DNA of 64,000 nt from Marsupella aquatica (Eukaryota; Plantae; Marchantiophyta). Below the pieces are notes generated by a model. That model had not been told where the DNA came from. It was given only the letters and a program-made list of their open reading frames with translations, and did not search any database. The translations under genes and the position numbers were made by a program. The stretch is from the NCBI GenBank assembly GCA_973895155.1, contig OZ316892.1:7795251-7859250 (forward strand), written 5' to 3'. Below are positions 50,007 through 63,439 of this stretch, in pieces. Each line of letters begins with the position of its first letter. The stretch's first letter is position 1.

Positions 50007-53000
50007 TGTTAGAGTCGGGGCCATTCTGGTCCCGACGTGTTAGAACAAGCTTGGGACAAGCTTTAGGACAAGCTATGCTAATTGGGCCATGAGCATAATT
50101 ATCCTAGGGGTGGGGTGGTCAGTTGGCGATGGATAAGTACGAGGGGGAACCCGGGCTGCACTCAAGGAAGGAGTTATTCTGGACAAACAATGGGTGTTGG
50201 TTTTGGTTCCAGCTTATGGCATCGGGAGGACTTATCGCTGACCTACTTACCAATGTCTGTTGAGCTTGAGTTAGGATGCTAGACTTGGGAGATCTAGATC
50301 TTATGGGGTTACTTACCAAGATGCTTCCAGGTTGCTTGTGCAAACAGTGAAGACCATTGAGTAGCGGTCGTGTTGGAGAGCAAGTGGGGCTTTGTATGGG
50401 AGGGACCATAGGCGGTGCAAGGGGCATCAGGTTGCTTGCTTGAGATATTTTGTGGAGGTGTTCGGGCACTAGGGGCACTTAGGCGTGGATGCTGGGATTG
50501 GTGAGGGCGTTGGGTGGCGAGGTCCACCATTGCGTGGTGAGTAGGTACATGGTTAACCTGCGGAAGGTACATTAGGAAGTAGTCAAATAGATTCTAAGGT
50601 ACTAGCATGGCACATCGGATGTGGGTTTTTTTGTTTGATGTGCATTCAAGCTATGCTATGTCTCTTGTTGTTGAATTCAAGCTATATATGGTGGTAATTT
50701 GGATTATGTCGGATGCCATAGTTAGTAGTAGTTGTCAACTAGAGTTAAAAAGTTGCATAACTATAGTTAGAAATAACCATGGTTAACAACAAAGTAGGGT
50801 TAGAAGAAAAAAATAATGCATAGTAGGTAATAGAAGGACAAGACAACTAGGAGATGACTAGGTACATAATGTTGATATAGGTGAGATAGGCCTTGGTTAG
50901 GTTAAGGAGTAGTGGGTTAAGTTGAGTACTAACTTAAACACTTATAATGTAGGAGATAACAAATAGCCCACTTTGCTGATTTATGAAAAAGTCTCAAGAT
51001 AGAATTAGGGTCTGAAATTCAAAGCATAGATAGTATTAGGTGTAAGTAACGCACTTACAAAATTTTAGCCCAAACGAAGGTACGAGTACCGAGTAAGAAA
51101 ATATGAAAAATTATGGATTTGTGATAGTAACTCAAGTAAGGCAACGGAAAACGTGCTATGAGGGTTGGTGAAGAAGGTCAGGTGTCACCACCTTAGCCCA
51201 TCTCATAAGGACAAGATACAAATGGAGTTACGTAGCATGTGAGACAGTGAATGGAAACAAAAATTTGGGGATATATATCATGCGGGGCATTTAAGAGGAA
51301 GAGAAATCTTCCATAAGGACAAGCAGGGTTGACTCTTAAAAAATGGAGAGACTGTAGCAAGGTGATAAAGAGATAAATGACTATTTACTCCTTAACAACT
51401 CGATTTCATTCCCGTTAGGAGTGGATAAGATCGAAAAGACTTAATTAACACAATTTGAGAAGTTTACATCAACATTCTTAGGTTGGAGAGATTTCTAATG
51501 ATCTCCTTAACATAAGTGTTTAACCACAAACTCAAGTGGATAATCTTGAGGATTCACAGTGCGGAAATAAATACTAGAATTAACAAAGATTAAAACTAGA
51601 GAGTAGGTAGGAGGTTTCAAAGCGCAAGGAAATTGAATTCCGACCATCACCACTCCTTCAATAAGGATTATGGCATAATTTAAGATTTGAAAATCAACAT
51701 TGTGTATGCTTTTTAATTTCTCATAGCAACTCCTCTCCATCTCTTGAATTCAAAAGACAACAATGCAAATCAACCCGTAACACTTTTCTGGTCTTGCTTA
51801 AGACGGTACTAGGATACTCGAATTGGTTTACTTCTCCTACTATCCTTAAGATTGTTTATTTGAGTTTCACGCAAATTCCAATTTTTCTTTGGTGAATCTT
51901 CTATATGAATTGGTCACATACCTTGCTGATCTTCCAATATCATCATAGGCACACACTAGTATTCATTGAATATTGCACAACAACTCAAGGGTTTCTAATC
52001 TTGAACTTCTCTTTACTTAACCATGGTAAAAAGAAGGGAAGAAAAGACATAGATTCCTCCAAAATCAAGATGGGGAAATCAAATGCATCTCTCTTCCGGT
52101 TGACTTCTCTACAGCGAGCTCCTCAGTTGTGCGCCCTCAAGAAATTCAATCTCTTTGGCGTCGTAAGATGACAGAGATATTCGGGTTGACCTGGCTACAG
52201 TTTTTCTGATTAGGTGACAACCTAATCTTCACGAATCCATCAAGATTCCTTCACTCACGATGCAGGTCCATCAAACGTTGGTGGACATCAGCCTCAATCC
52301 GACCTTCAGTAGTGGTGTCTGGGTCGACCTGACTACCCTTCTCACAACCGACTTGTCCACGATCAGAATCTCAAACTTCCTGCCTTCACTTCCAGCGTAG
52401 GAGTAGGTATTCTCCTCACAACGATTTAGTCAATATCCTCATATCCAGGCTCTCATCGTGCAATGGAAGATTGGTTCTATAATCCGGACCCAAGATCCTC
52501 TACCAAAAGGGTAGAGCCTCCTCACTCTACTGCTTATACAGCCTAATGCGCTTGAGAACTCAAAACCTACTAAGTTCAGCTCTAAGAGGTGTGAGAAGTC
52601 AGGTCGACTCTCCTTCCTTATATCCGGATTCTACTGCAGTCGTATTTGTGATTGACTTATGATTTTAAAACTTTGCCAGGGGACAGTTGATGTACAACAT
52701 AGTCTAGTTTCAAGATGTTCTATCTTGTTTCTAGCTGCAGTGCAAAGTTTTGGGTCGATCCTCCAACTCTCATATCAATCCGGGTCGACCTCAGATGGGC
52801 TTGAATTTTGTACAACACTTCAAAGTAGTCTTCAGGTCTCTCTTCAGCCTCATTTGATGTCTTAAACTTAAAATTTATGGTTAGTTAACCCTTCTCTCAT
52901 AAATATCCACTTCTCACAAAGACCACATGTAGTAGCCTAATTTCAGGCATAATAAGATAAGAAGGATTGGAAGACGGTTGAGAAAATTTTTGTGGTGGTG

Positions 53001-55077
53001 ATGGTGAGGCTGCTTCAATTGAATTGGATGCTGCTGAATGTAGTTTGTTGTTGCCATTCAATTGATATTGTTTAGTGTTACTCGATGTTGTGAGAGGAGC
53101 TGAAGTGTTGCCTTGCTGCTATTTTGATTGAAGCTCATGTTGCATTAGAGAAATATTGTTGGCTAGACGTAGTGCTATGCTGCTAGGAGGTGAAGCTATG
53201 GAGTGTTGTGCTTCTATTTAATGTTGGGTTGCTGCTTGGAGAAGATGCTGCTACTTCAATCAATGCTACTTAATTGAATACGTATTCACACAGTCAATTT
53301 CAATGTTGTGTTGCTAGCTATGGAGGATTGATGTGCTGTTGGGAAGCTTAATGCTATGGAGACATTGCTAAAGCTTTGGACTGAGCTGGGCTACTGAATC
53401 TGAAGGAAAGAGGCAATGTCGCTTGTCCAATGTTGATTCGTGTGTGGAATGGAAGCAATCGATGCTTCAATGTGAGCTGCTGAAGGAGGCAACTATGGAA
53501 AATTGTTGTGCTCAATGTAAAATTGCTGCAGTTATGGTGATTGAGCTATGTTGTTGATGCTCCTGAGCTCTGATGCTGTTGAGCTATGGAGTGTTGTTGA
53601 GGCGAGTTTGGTTGAAGCTTGAAAAGGAAAAAAAACGATGAAGAGAGTGCTGCCTCGCGTAGCATGGCGCCGTTGCTCACTACTTCGCGCAGCTGCTTTG
53701 TTTTTGGCTGCATGCTGCTGCAAAATATTATTGGCAAGGGAGAGGGCGACAAAAGGTTTTGAACTTGTGACCTGTTGCATGATATATAGGGGATTTGAAT
53801 GTGCTACCAAGGGAGCCGTCAAGGCTATTCGTTTAAAGAGCACATAACACCGTTAGTTAAACTTGCGGCAGCATCTTGCCAAGCTTGTTTGGAGGACTTT
53901 GAGGCTGATTCAAAGTCGGGTGAGGAACCAGGGCAAGTAAGGGAGGACCTAGCAAGGTTGCCTCAACTTCATGGAGGCCCGGGAGACCATTTTTAATTCA
54001 AGGGAATGCGTTAACGAGTTTTTGTGTAGGCCTTAAAATTTAAAAGTTTTTGTGTAGGCGTTAATAAGATGTTAGGCTATTATGAAGCCCGATACTTAGT
54101 GGACACTCTTGGTAGATGAGAATTAGTTAGAGTATCATTGGTTGGCGGGGTAGAGGTCATGCATTGATTCTTGTTTACAAGCGACTGTAAACTCAATCGT
54201 ATTGCTGACGGTCTATTAGGGTCAATTTCAGTGGAAGAACTCTCCGGTTAAGTCTAAAACTGTGGAAATTACGACCTGTACTTCTGTGGTAACCCAAGTC
54301 TTAGTGATAACCTGGAACTCAACGGCATACTGACACTCAGTTGAAGACCAAACTTAGAGTTTTATGTGAGAAATTTTGTTTTATGGATAGTTTGTAACTC
54401 GATTGATTGTAGGAGTTACCAAGGGGGTATCTTGGTTACTCATGTCCCCAAGAGGTTGCCGCTATTCGTATCCTATGTGAAAACCAAAGTACTAGTGTGG
54501 CGCGTATCCCAAGACCTCTAACCCCAAGAACTCCCCTCAACCGATCATAAACCACTCGCTTATGTCCGTCCTCTTAACATATGGCAGCTATTTGGCTTGG
54601 AGACGCGATACTCTCCTTCGATCCACACTTACCGGACCAATTCTTTCACTGGGCTTGTGAATTGTGCACAACTGAGACACCTAATTCCTCTTTAACTTCT
54701 TCAGGTATATTTGTATTCTGCCCCTGGAATGTACCTCTACGGCTTAATTTCTTAAGCCGGTTGAAGGTCGTTTTCAGACTAACTCAACCCACACTTCACC
54801 GACTAACACTCTCAATCCTCACTTTTCTCTCAGAATTTGATTTGGCAGTCTCCAATCAAGACAATGCGATTGTATTTTGCTCAACAGTTCACCCTATCTA
54901 ACTTAAATTGATCAAGCAACAGATATCATAACACTCAACTTCTTGGATGACAAGAATCTACGAACTATATAACGAGGCCAACTCAATTCAAACAATTGCT
55001 CAGAAATCCAAGGGAACCGGTGGTCTACTGATACCCTGCGGTCTAGATTTAGCCGAGAGCTTCCTGTGCTCACAACA
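50007..55077 (+). mobile_element. Non-coding LTR-retrotransposon-like sequence (one or more LTRs, boundaries unresolved)
   Basis: Purine tract GGGGTGAGAGGTGGG followed by TGTTAG at ~50007, a second TGTTAG at ~50037, and a candidate end CACAACA at 55077. No matching TSD and no gag/pol ORF found. Confidence 0.4.
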
Positions 55078-55692
55078 ATACAGATTAACACTAAAGTCCT
55101 GACTAAGAAAAAGCCCCCTGGGCCATGCTGCCCAGGTTTTTATCCTTGCAGCGCATTCAGGGAAAAACAAACGGAAATCCTAACCACCACACACGACCTT
55201 CCACCGCGATAGTCCTACCAAAAAACTATCACCTAAAAACTTGAATAGCCCGGAACCCTGTGTGAACCGAGCATCTACTACTACTTAAGCCGACAGGGCG
55301 CTACTTGCCCTGTCCCATCCTACAACGGCCGCGCCCTTCTGGCCCAAGCCCTTCTCCTGCCGCCATGTCCTCCTTCCAACCGATGACTGGCCCTCCTTAA
55401 TTGTCAGATGACTGGGGGTAAGTCCGAATCTTCCGACTCTGCACCTTCTCCTGCCATCGGCCCCGGCCTGACCCCTTTGGCTTTTGGTTTGCTGGCCCCG
55501 GCATCGGTTTCGGCATCGGCATCCGCATCCTCCTGGGAAACGGCTTGGAGAGCCTTTGCCTTAACTTCCTCAATCCAAGCCTTTTCCCCGATGCGCTCGG
55601 TCTCAATAACCCACGGCTTCACGTTCTGTGTGTCCATAGAAGCAGTACCATCGTCTAAACCTGTTACCGCAGCTCCAAGTTGATCCGCAATA

Positions 55693-58152
55693 TGTGACGC
55701 CAATGACATGGTCCTTATTTTGTAATCTGATTAAGTAGGTTGCTGTATGCAAGGAGTAGCTATTGATATTGCATAACAATTAGCAAGATGGCAAGAATAA
55801 GGGCAATCATGGCGTTAAGAGTAGGGAAATAAAAGCTATGTCGCGGGTGGTCGACGACCATATCTCTTTCAATATGTCACCAAATCCGGATCTGTAAAGA
55901 GCATTGGAAAGATCTGGTCAAGGCAAGTAAAGTCGATATAAAACACTCGAGAAACGGAGGTGTATTAAGAAAGATACGGCCTGATTAGTGTGACGGGCTA
56001 ACTTATGGCCGGAATTAGCGGATTCGGCTTCAGTTTCGGGTTAACCCAAGCTCGACCACGGCTTAGCTTATGTGAGCACGGCTTCAGCTTAGCTCAGGTC
56101 AGCACGGCTTCAGCTTAGCTCAGGTAAGCACGGCTTCAGCTTAGGTCAGGTCAGCACGGCTTCAGCTTAGCTCAGGTCAACACGGCTTCAACTTAGCTCA
56201 GGTCAACACGGCTTCAGCTTAGCTTAGGTCAGCGTGGCCTCAGGTTAGCATAGGTAAGCTCGGGTTTGGGCTCAGCTTAGGCTAGGTTAGCGGATAGCAG
56301 ATAGCGGGTAGCGGCCTAAACCGAGACCACGGGTTAGCTCTACTCGGGTTAGATAGGATAGATAGGTTAGCCGAACTTGGGTTAGCTATGTAACTCGGGT
56401 TAGCATAGTAGTGAGTACCCCCTCTCGGTTACGGGGCCATAACTTTCTGGGTATTTGACCAAATCGGCTATAATTGACCTCGTTGGAAAGAGGAGCTCAA
56501 GCCGCTTCCAACGTTGCTATCCACGCAGCAAATGGTTGAATAGAGAAATCGGGAGAGGAGGCGCAAGCTCGCAAAAACCATGGAGGAGGGCCAAATCCGA
56601 AGTACATAGCCAATTCGAGATAGAAATAAAGTTGCGAGTTAGGGTTCAGTAGTTAGAGATAGTGGCGGCTCTGTTAGGGCTGGGATGGGGCTCCAGCAGC
56701 GTAGTATCCACCCATTTGGGCTCAGTATGAGAGTATATAGAGCAGCCCCCTGGTAGAGGCAAGGGGGGGGGGACTTCAGTTGTGTGATCTCACTTAGACT
56801 GAGCAGTAGGGAGGAGCTCTATGCAAACAAGGCTGGACTTGGACGCTGCGTGTTGGGGAGAGCTTGGTTGTGCTATTACTCAGGGAGTAATCAACCAAGC
56901 TTCACAGCAACGGGTTGCTAGGTTTGCGAGCTGGATTGTGGCTCTTTCTAGTGGGCAGCACAACTAGGTTCTTTTCCCCCGATACAGAGCCTTGGTGATA
57001 GGTGATGTATCGGTGATTGTAAACTGTGGGGAGGATTTCAATTCGATTTGCGGTGGGCACATTAGGGAGGCTGAGATACTGATTAAGGGGCAGCAGGAGG
57101 AGCATTTACAGTTCAGTTTGGCAAGGCTACGTGATCCATGGGGAGTCCCGGCCTTTGTCTGGTGGAGAGCACTAAGGGATCTATGGCCAGAGCTGAGCTT
57201 GCAGGGCAAGCGTGAGGCCGGGCCTCATTGCAGTCTGGGGTAGATCGTCGTTAAGCCTGGTACCAGCTTTGAAGTCGAGTCAACTATGCATGCGTAACTT
57301 GACGTTATGAATTGGAGGTGTGAGATCTGTATGTGCCCCCAAGAATGAAGTGCAGTGAAGGAGGTTGAGTTCAGGATTGAGTTTGCAAGGCAAGTACGGG
57401 ATTGGTTCGAGTCCAATTTGCCGTCGCAATCTGGAGTGAGTCGGGCTCAGGTTCAGGATTGAGCTTGCATGGCAAGCACGGGGCTTGCGGGGCAAGCACG
57501 TCGCAATCTGGAGGAGACAGCCTTCGGGCCTAGTGTTCGGATCAAGTGTTCTCAGTGAACTATTGTGCACATCTTTGAATCTAATTGAGTTTTCCTCTCA
57601 GGCCTCATTTCTCTCATGGATGTGTGTGTGTGTGAGAAGCAATCTGAGTGTATGATGGGACTAGCAGTGCCACTAAGAGGTGTACAGGGTGCATTGAAGC
57701 GGGCTGGGTGAGGACTGTCATAGCTCTGATTGCTGAGAGTGGAATGGCAGAGTGGTGGGGCAATGGCTTAGAAGTCCCTAAGCCGGGAATCAGTCAGGAG
57801 TCACTGGTTTATGGGTACATTCCGGTGGCGGAATAGAAATATACCTATGACAGTAAGCATACGTATAGACATATGCGCACCGTAGCGCTAGGCCCTGTGT
57901 GTACGGGCCCGATATGAAGACCCCTTATCACCAGAACTATCATGAGCACGGATCTGATTCCCAACCTTGGTTCTTAGGGATTGAGCTTGGGTGATGTGTG
58001 ACGGAGTCTTGTTATGATAGTCTGGTGTTAAGGGCATAAATTGGTGTTTCCCGGCCTTCACAACATCCCTTCGTGATCCTCAGGTACAAGGAGATGGTTT
58101 TGGCACCCATAGTGACGGTTTTGGTGTTAAGACCCATGTCAATCGCGTGACA
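55693..58152. mobile_element. 2460 bp solo-LTR-like insertion with 5 bp TSD CAATA
   Basis: TG...CA termini (TGTGACGC...GCGTGACA). CAATA occurs at 55688-55692 and 58153-58157, and removing the element fuses EVSI|ADQL in frame. Confidence 0.88.
56075..56230 (+). repeat. 26 bp tandem repeat, 6 copies (AGCACGGCTTCAGCTTAGCTCAGGTC), inside the solo-LTR-like element
   Basis: Units start at 56075, 56101, 56127, 56153, 56179 and 56205. Confidence 0.92.
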
Positions 58153-60361
58153 CAATACTTACCTCTACCACAACTGCCTTCAGGGCCACAGTACCACAAA
58201 TGTGAGCGGCCATGCTCTCGACTTCCTCCGGAGTGGCTTTAAGGGCCTTAACTTTATTATCGCCTGGCCCCATGAACGTCTTTGCCAAGTCTGCCACCAA
58301 CTGCATGGCTTTGCCCCCAGTCACACTTGACAACAGGGAGCTTGGCTTTGGCTTCACTATATTTCCGCCTACCATACTACTGTCGGGAAGCCTTTCAGTT
58401 GGTGACCCATATCCTGCTTCGGCATACTTCTTCAATTTCTGCGTTTGATTGTCGGCACGCTTCTGCAGCCCGATCATCTTATCCTTGGCCTCCTCCAATT
58501 CCTGAGATACGTCTTCAACTTCATCGTTAAGCCGTAGTATCTCGGCCCTGGCCGTCTTCAACTCCTCATTTAAGATCTGCACGATCTCCAACTCTTGCTT
58601 ATCTACGGCTGCTTTCAAGGAGTCGTTGATACCTTCCAGTTTTGTGACCTCGTTCGTCCATGCCTGCTTTGTCCTGGTTAGCTCCTCCTGAAGCTCCTTG
58701 CGTATCTGTTGAACCCGGTTTAGGTGATCATTGGCCGTCGTGCACATGGCGTCATCATGCTTCCCACGCATGGCCTCCAACCGGTCGAGTAACTTATCAT
58801 ACTTCCTTTGGGCTTCTGCCAAGGCCTTTTCGCTCTGGGTGGCCTGCTCCTTAGCCGTCTTTCTGAGCCTCTCAACTTGGCGATTTAAACCCTGTACTTC
58901 TACTTTTGAATCGGCTAACTCCAGCTCTATCTTCGTCAACTTTTCCTTGATCTGTTGGTTATTCAATTGGTAGTTTTCCAATTGGTTGTTTGCCACTTCC
59001 AATTCCTGCTGCTTAGCCAAGAGATCCTGCTGAGTTGGTTGACCAGACTTTGTCTTAGCAACTTTGGCCTCCATGGAGCGAAGCCGAGCGATCACTTCCT
59101 CCTTCTTCAGTCACTCCAATGTCATTGCCTCCTCCAGTCTCGTCTGATCAGCCATTTCTTTTCTAAGAAATGGCTCGGATTCCAACTCGTTGCCGAAGAT
59201 TTCTAAGGCTAAGAGTCCACACATGTCTCCATACTCCTTAGCCCAATTTCTTGCATAGTTTAACCTCCCAGGTGATACTGGCATCTACCATCGAGGTCAT
59301 CTCTCCGAAGCTTCTGCCCGTCATTGATCGAAGTCAGTGAGAGGTTTGGCTTGCCTCTCACTAAGCCGTCTTATTCCTTCCGGCCACTCTCCTCCTGGTA
59401 GCTAGCATTCGTGTTCTGCATTCCGGGCCCCCACTCCTTAATCTTCTCATGTAGCTCGGCTTCAGCTTCCTTCATCTTGTCGAATTCCAATGGCGTCACA
59501 TCTGGTGGAGGAGATTCTGGCATTTTCTGGTCCTCCGGTTTGCCATAGAAGACCGCGGGAAGTCTTCTACAAAACCTTCCCATCGTTCTAACTCCTGGGA
59601 CCGGCCTCTCCCCGTGATTGACATAGTCGTCGTCGTAATCATCCACATTAACCTGACTACCTAACATGTCGGCCTCTCCTCCAAAGCCACCGATCTCTTC
59701 CTCTGAATATTGTTGGGTTGCTGTTGGTTGACCTTCCTCCACGGGTCCGTTCACTTGGGCTCTGTTAGAAACTCTTACTACCGGCCTCACCTGGCCTCGG
59801 CTTACCTCCTCATCTGTCTCCCAATCCATTCGCTCGTCATATTTCTTTCTTTCTTCGGTAGTCATCTTCCTCTCGACCAACTGGATGCCTGCATATGGAT
59901 TATTGCGAGGAGGCCGGCGTAACGGATTTCTCACTACATCATATGTTACTACCTTTGGCTCCTTGATAGGGGAATGCTCCCGTTCTCGTGTTGCCGACCT
60001 CCTCCCGTGGCGTCATATGTTTTAGAGGCTCCTCGTCCTCCTCCACCTCCTCAAGTGGTGTAGTGATCTGCATTCGCTCCTGTATAGGCAACACTGGTGC
60101 AAAAGACTGGCTTCTTGCATATCGGCAAAGTAATTGCAGATGGTACCCTAGTCTGGATACCGCTCCCTCCCCAATGATCTGCTTCTCTTTGTTTAATGCC
60201 TTCTTCAACTGCATTAAGAGATAGTCGTTGTAGTCTCGGCTTGCATCAATATTCTCTACCAAAAATATCTGGGCTTTGCCGATTTCTGCTCTCGGCAAGG
60301 TACAATGCAATGTGACTCTTAGGAAATCAATCAGCTGCCCTATATGTGGGTTGGTACATTG

Positions 60362-60658
60362 CTCGGGGGTCTCACTATATGGATGCATCCCCATCCCCTA
60401 CGACGTTTTTAGGCCTCGGACCCCCTAAAATGTAAGAAAAAATATTATTTTTCAACCCCTATAAAGTTAGAATATTCTTGGAATATTCCAAATTTTTTGG
60501 TTAGAAAGACCCTAATGTTCTTATAAGTCTCAAAATTGAATTTAAAAGACCCTATTGTTCTTCTACAAAAATTCTTAAGTCTTCCCTTCAAACCAATAAA
60601 ACGACCCTATCCTTCGTCGCACGTGATGTGCCATTTTTGTGGAAGTGAAACCCCCGAG
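60362..60658. mobile_element. 297 bp MITE with 15 bp TIR and 8 bp TSD GTACATTG (hAT-like or MULE-like)
   Basis: CTCGGGGGTCTCACT...AGTGAAACCCCCGAG, with TSD at 60354-60361 and 60659-60666 and repeated GACCCTA subterminal motifs. Confidence 0.92.
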
Positions 60659-62844
60659 GTACATTGATTCCTGAAAAATCCATTCTTAGTGGAAGGCCCT
60701 GGAAATGACCTGCACTGGTCATCTGGCAACGTCTTCCTCTGCTCCACCTTTGTCTTCCTTCCTGTTGGTAAAGCGAACACGGCTTCGATCAGCGCAGGTG
60801 TTAATTCTAACACCTTTCCATACAGCAGCGTTGTGTTGGAAGAAGCCTCCCAGCATCCCACGAAGTCCAACAGATCCTCATCCGGTATGCCTACTATTCT
60901 CCAGGACAACCTGACAAAGCCCTCCAACCCAGTGTCATTCATATATCCTGCATATTTATTATCTTGAACGGCACTGAAGACCTCATCCTCATCTCTTGCG
61001 AACTGTAATTGTAAATCGGCAGGTAATCTGTTCGCCCACCCTGTCATGTTTTTATCTTCTACAGCCCGATCTCTAATTGGCCCGGATTCCATCTTGATTG
61101 GTCTCTCCGATCTAGTTCGCTTTGCTGGAGTTGCAGATGCTGAACCTCCCTTGCGCTTCATTTCTTCAGCGCCTGAATACTCCCCAAGAATAGCTACCTT
61201 CGTCCACTTCGCAGTGTGACCCTTCAATTCCCAAAGTGGTTGCCCGACGTTCTTGATTGCCTCCCTGATCCCCACGACCTTATTCTCCCGAATTAGCAAT
61301 TTGTCAAGCTCCGCACTGGTGGGTGTCCATGAGAACTTTTCCAACATCTCCTTCGTATCTACGAATGCCAATTTGTGAATTCCCCACAAGCGCGCAAGCT
61401 CTGTTCGTTCTCTGGCTACGCGCTCCGGCTCAACGTCTTCATACATAGGTATCAGCTGCCTTGCTTCTTCAAGCAAACAGCCCCAAAACTTCCCTGCCTG
61501 ATTCACCGTGTTCATTCCACCGAATGCCAAGAACTTGCGCAATTTCCCAAACCACCTCCCCCGATCGATTGGCAGCTGATTCCACCTCCCTAGGTTGATC
61601 GAACAAGCAATTGCACAAGTGTATAGAGTGTCGGTCCCCTCCCTACGAAGCCGCCTCCTGATGGCTTACCTGATCAAGCCCCGATTAGGTCATAACCCTA
61701 ATCCCACTTAATCACGACCGTAGGATCCCATCCCATCACAATTTTCCCCGAACACATTGCAATCGGCATCGATCCTTATTCCTGCCTAATTATATCTACC
61801 TAATCTTTATTTAGCCATTATTTTAGGCTTAACTAAGTACTTCGTGATCGTGGCACGACATCACAACTGGTTGTAGTTAAGTTGACCTACGGTAAAATAG
61901 AAACTTAACCCAAGTTAAGGTTTAGCGGGAAAGTAGTTACGCTTGGGTTAAGTTCCAAGGTGACCACTAACCTGAGTAGCACCCTAGGCTTGGTTTGGCT
62001 TGGGTTGCATATCTCAGTCATCTATTGAAGTTGATTATGGGTTGGCTTGGGTTGAACCAGGGCGCTGCCTCCTCACTTGTTCAACTGTACACCTTCTTAA
62101 GGGCTGGGAGCTTGGGGGCTGGGCTCATCCTTGGAGGGCTACGGCATGAGCTTAAGGCACTAGGAAGGGGGGAATAGAGGATTAGTCCACTAGGTAGGCA
62201 GCAAGGAGAGGGTCAAGGGAGGTGTTGCGATCTGAACTTATACTATTCCCTGTAGTAAAGACTCATGTGTAAGCCTTAGTCTTGAAGCAGCTATCTAGTG
62301 AGATGTGAATCTAGTGAGTATGTATGTAGACTCAGGTGGGACTCAACACCAGATAGGTGAAGCTTGAAGCTTATGGATGAGAGCAAGATCTATACTTGTC
62401 TTGTTGTGATAGAAAGTAGTAGTCTTGAAGTCCTTCGTGAAGGAAGAAGGGGACCCTCTTCTGTGACGGCTATATTACGAGTCTACGGGGACAGCTTGTG
62501 GGTATGCACTTACCGTGTTGGGATCGGAAGTGGGGTTGAGTGAGCGTTTCCCAGTGGGGAAGCAGGGGAATGGTAGCCAACCCTCGAGGTTATCTTTCCA
62601 GTTATGGAAATAAAACTACCAGGATAGGTGTGTGAGTGAGAAGGAAGGGAGTTAAGAAGAAAGAGACCTCCGATCCTACTATTTGCCCGTCCTAGGAACT
62701 CGGACAATGATAAGAAGGGGCATAAGTGGTGAAGTTAGCTCTAGTGGAGAGTTAAGCCCCATTGCAATGTGTTGACAAATTAGCAAAAGTCTACTACAAG
62801 GTATTCTTTCACGTTGGCAAGAGTATGTGTAAGTTGAAGATTCA

Positions 62845-63260
62845 TTAAACAAAAGTGCATATCTCAATCATCTATTGAAGTTGATTATGTAGCACTAGCA
62901 GAGGCAACAAATGAGGCTATAGCTTAGGGAAGTTGGCTAATGATTTGGGGATTCCATAGGAGAGATGAATTTTCATTATGATAGCAATAGTGCTATATAT
63001 ATTGCGGCAAACCAGGTAAGACATGACAGGGTAAAACACATTGATATAAGACACCACTTTCTCAAGCTAATGCTTGTTGACAAAAGATCATTGAGTTATC
63101 AAGATTCATGGGAAACTCAATTTGACTCATATGCTAACCAAAGTCAATCTTTTGGCTAGTTTCACCAAGCATTGTGCAATGCTTCAAAATTTGCACAAAG
63201 ATGATAGTGTTAGTCTTTTTGTATATGCATTCTCTGTCCTATCATGAGAAGGGAGCAATA
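62845..63260 (+). mobile_element. Degenerate Ty1/Copia pol 3' end (RNase H) with PPT-like tract
   Basis: QKCISQSSIEVDYVALAEA...YDSNSAIYIAANQVRHDRVKHIDIRHHFL...MLTK with frameshifts, and GAGAAGGGAG near 63246. Confidence 0.85.
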
Positions 63261-63439
63261 TTGATTTACTTGGATTTCCCAAGGAAATTCCCAAGGAGAT
63301 ACATATGGGTAACAAGAGCTAGTACTAAGTAGGTAAGTAGTTTATTTCTATGTATGATTGCTATGTGACAATTTGTCAACTTGGGCTTAGTTCTAGTTAA
63401 CTCTTAGGTATAAAGAGAAAACTTATTGGTTTTATCTTC

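Larger units (their letters stand above)
55404..61542 (-). pseudogene. Disrupted long retroelement accessory ORF (plant-transposon-protein-like N-terminal domain plus long coiled coil)
   Basis: ORF pieces 61542-60659, 60353-59939, 59934-59371, 59095-58153 and 55687-55404. Two joins are restored in frame by removing TSD-flanked insertions, and frameshifts remain near 59960 and 59100-59370. The pattern LLDFV...LYGKVLELTPALIEAVFALPTG resembles Gypsy extra-ORF domains. Confidence 0.75.

Noticed and set aside
43913-55077. Single 11 kb LTR element with TSD ATACA
   Set aside because: ATACA|TGTTG at 43908 and CAACA|ATACA at 55077 exist, but the two ends share no LTR similarity. A 5 bp match is likely chance.
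56075-56230. Regular short repeats (also 63440-64000 and 48347-49000) as CRISPR-like arrays
   Set aside because: The units are contiguous with no unique spacers, there are no cas genes, and the context is eukaryotic TE sequence.
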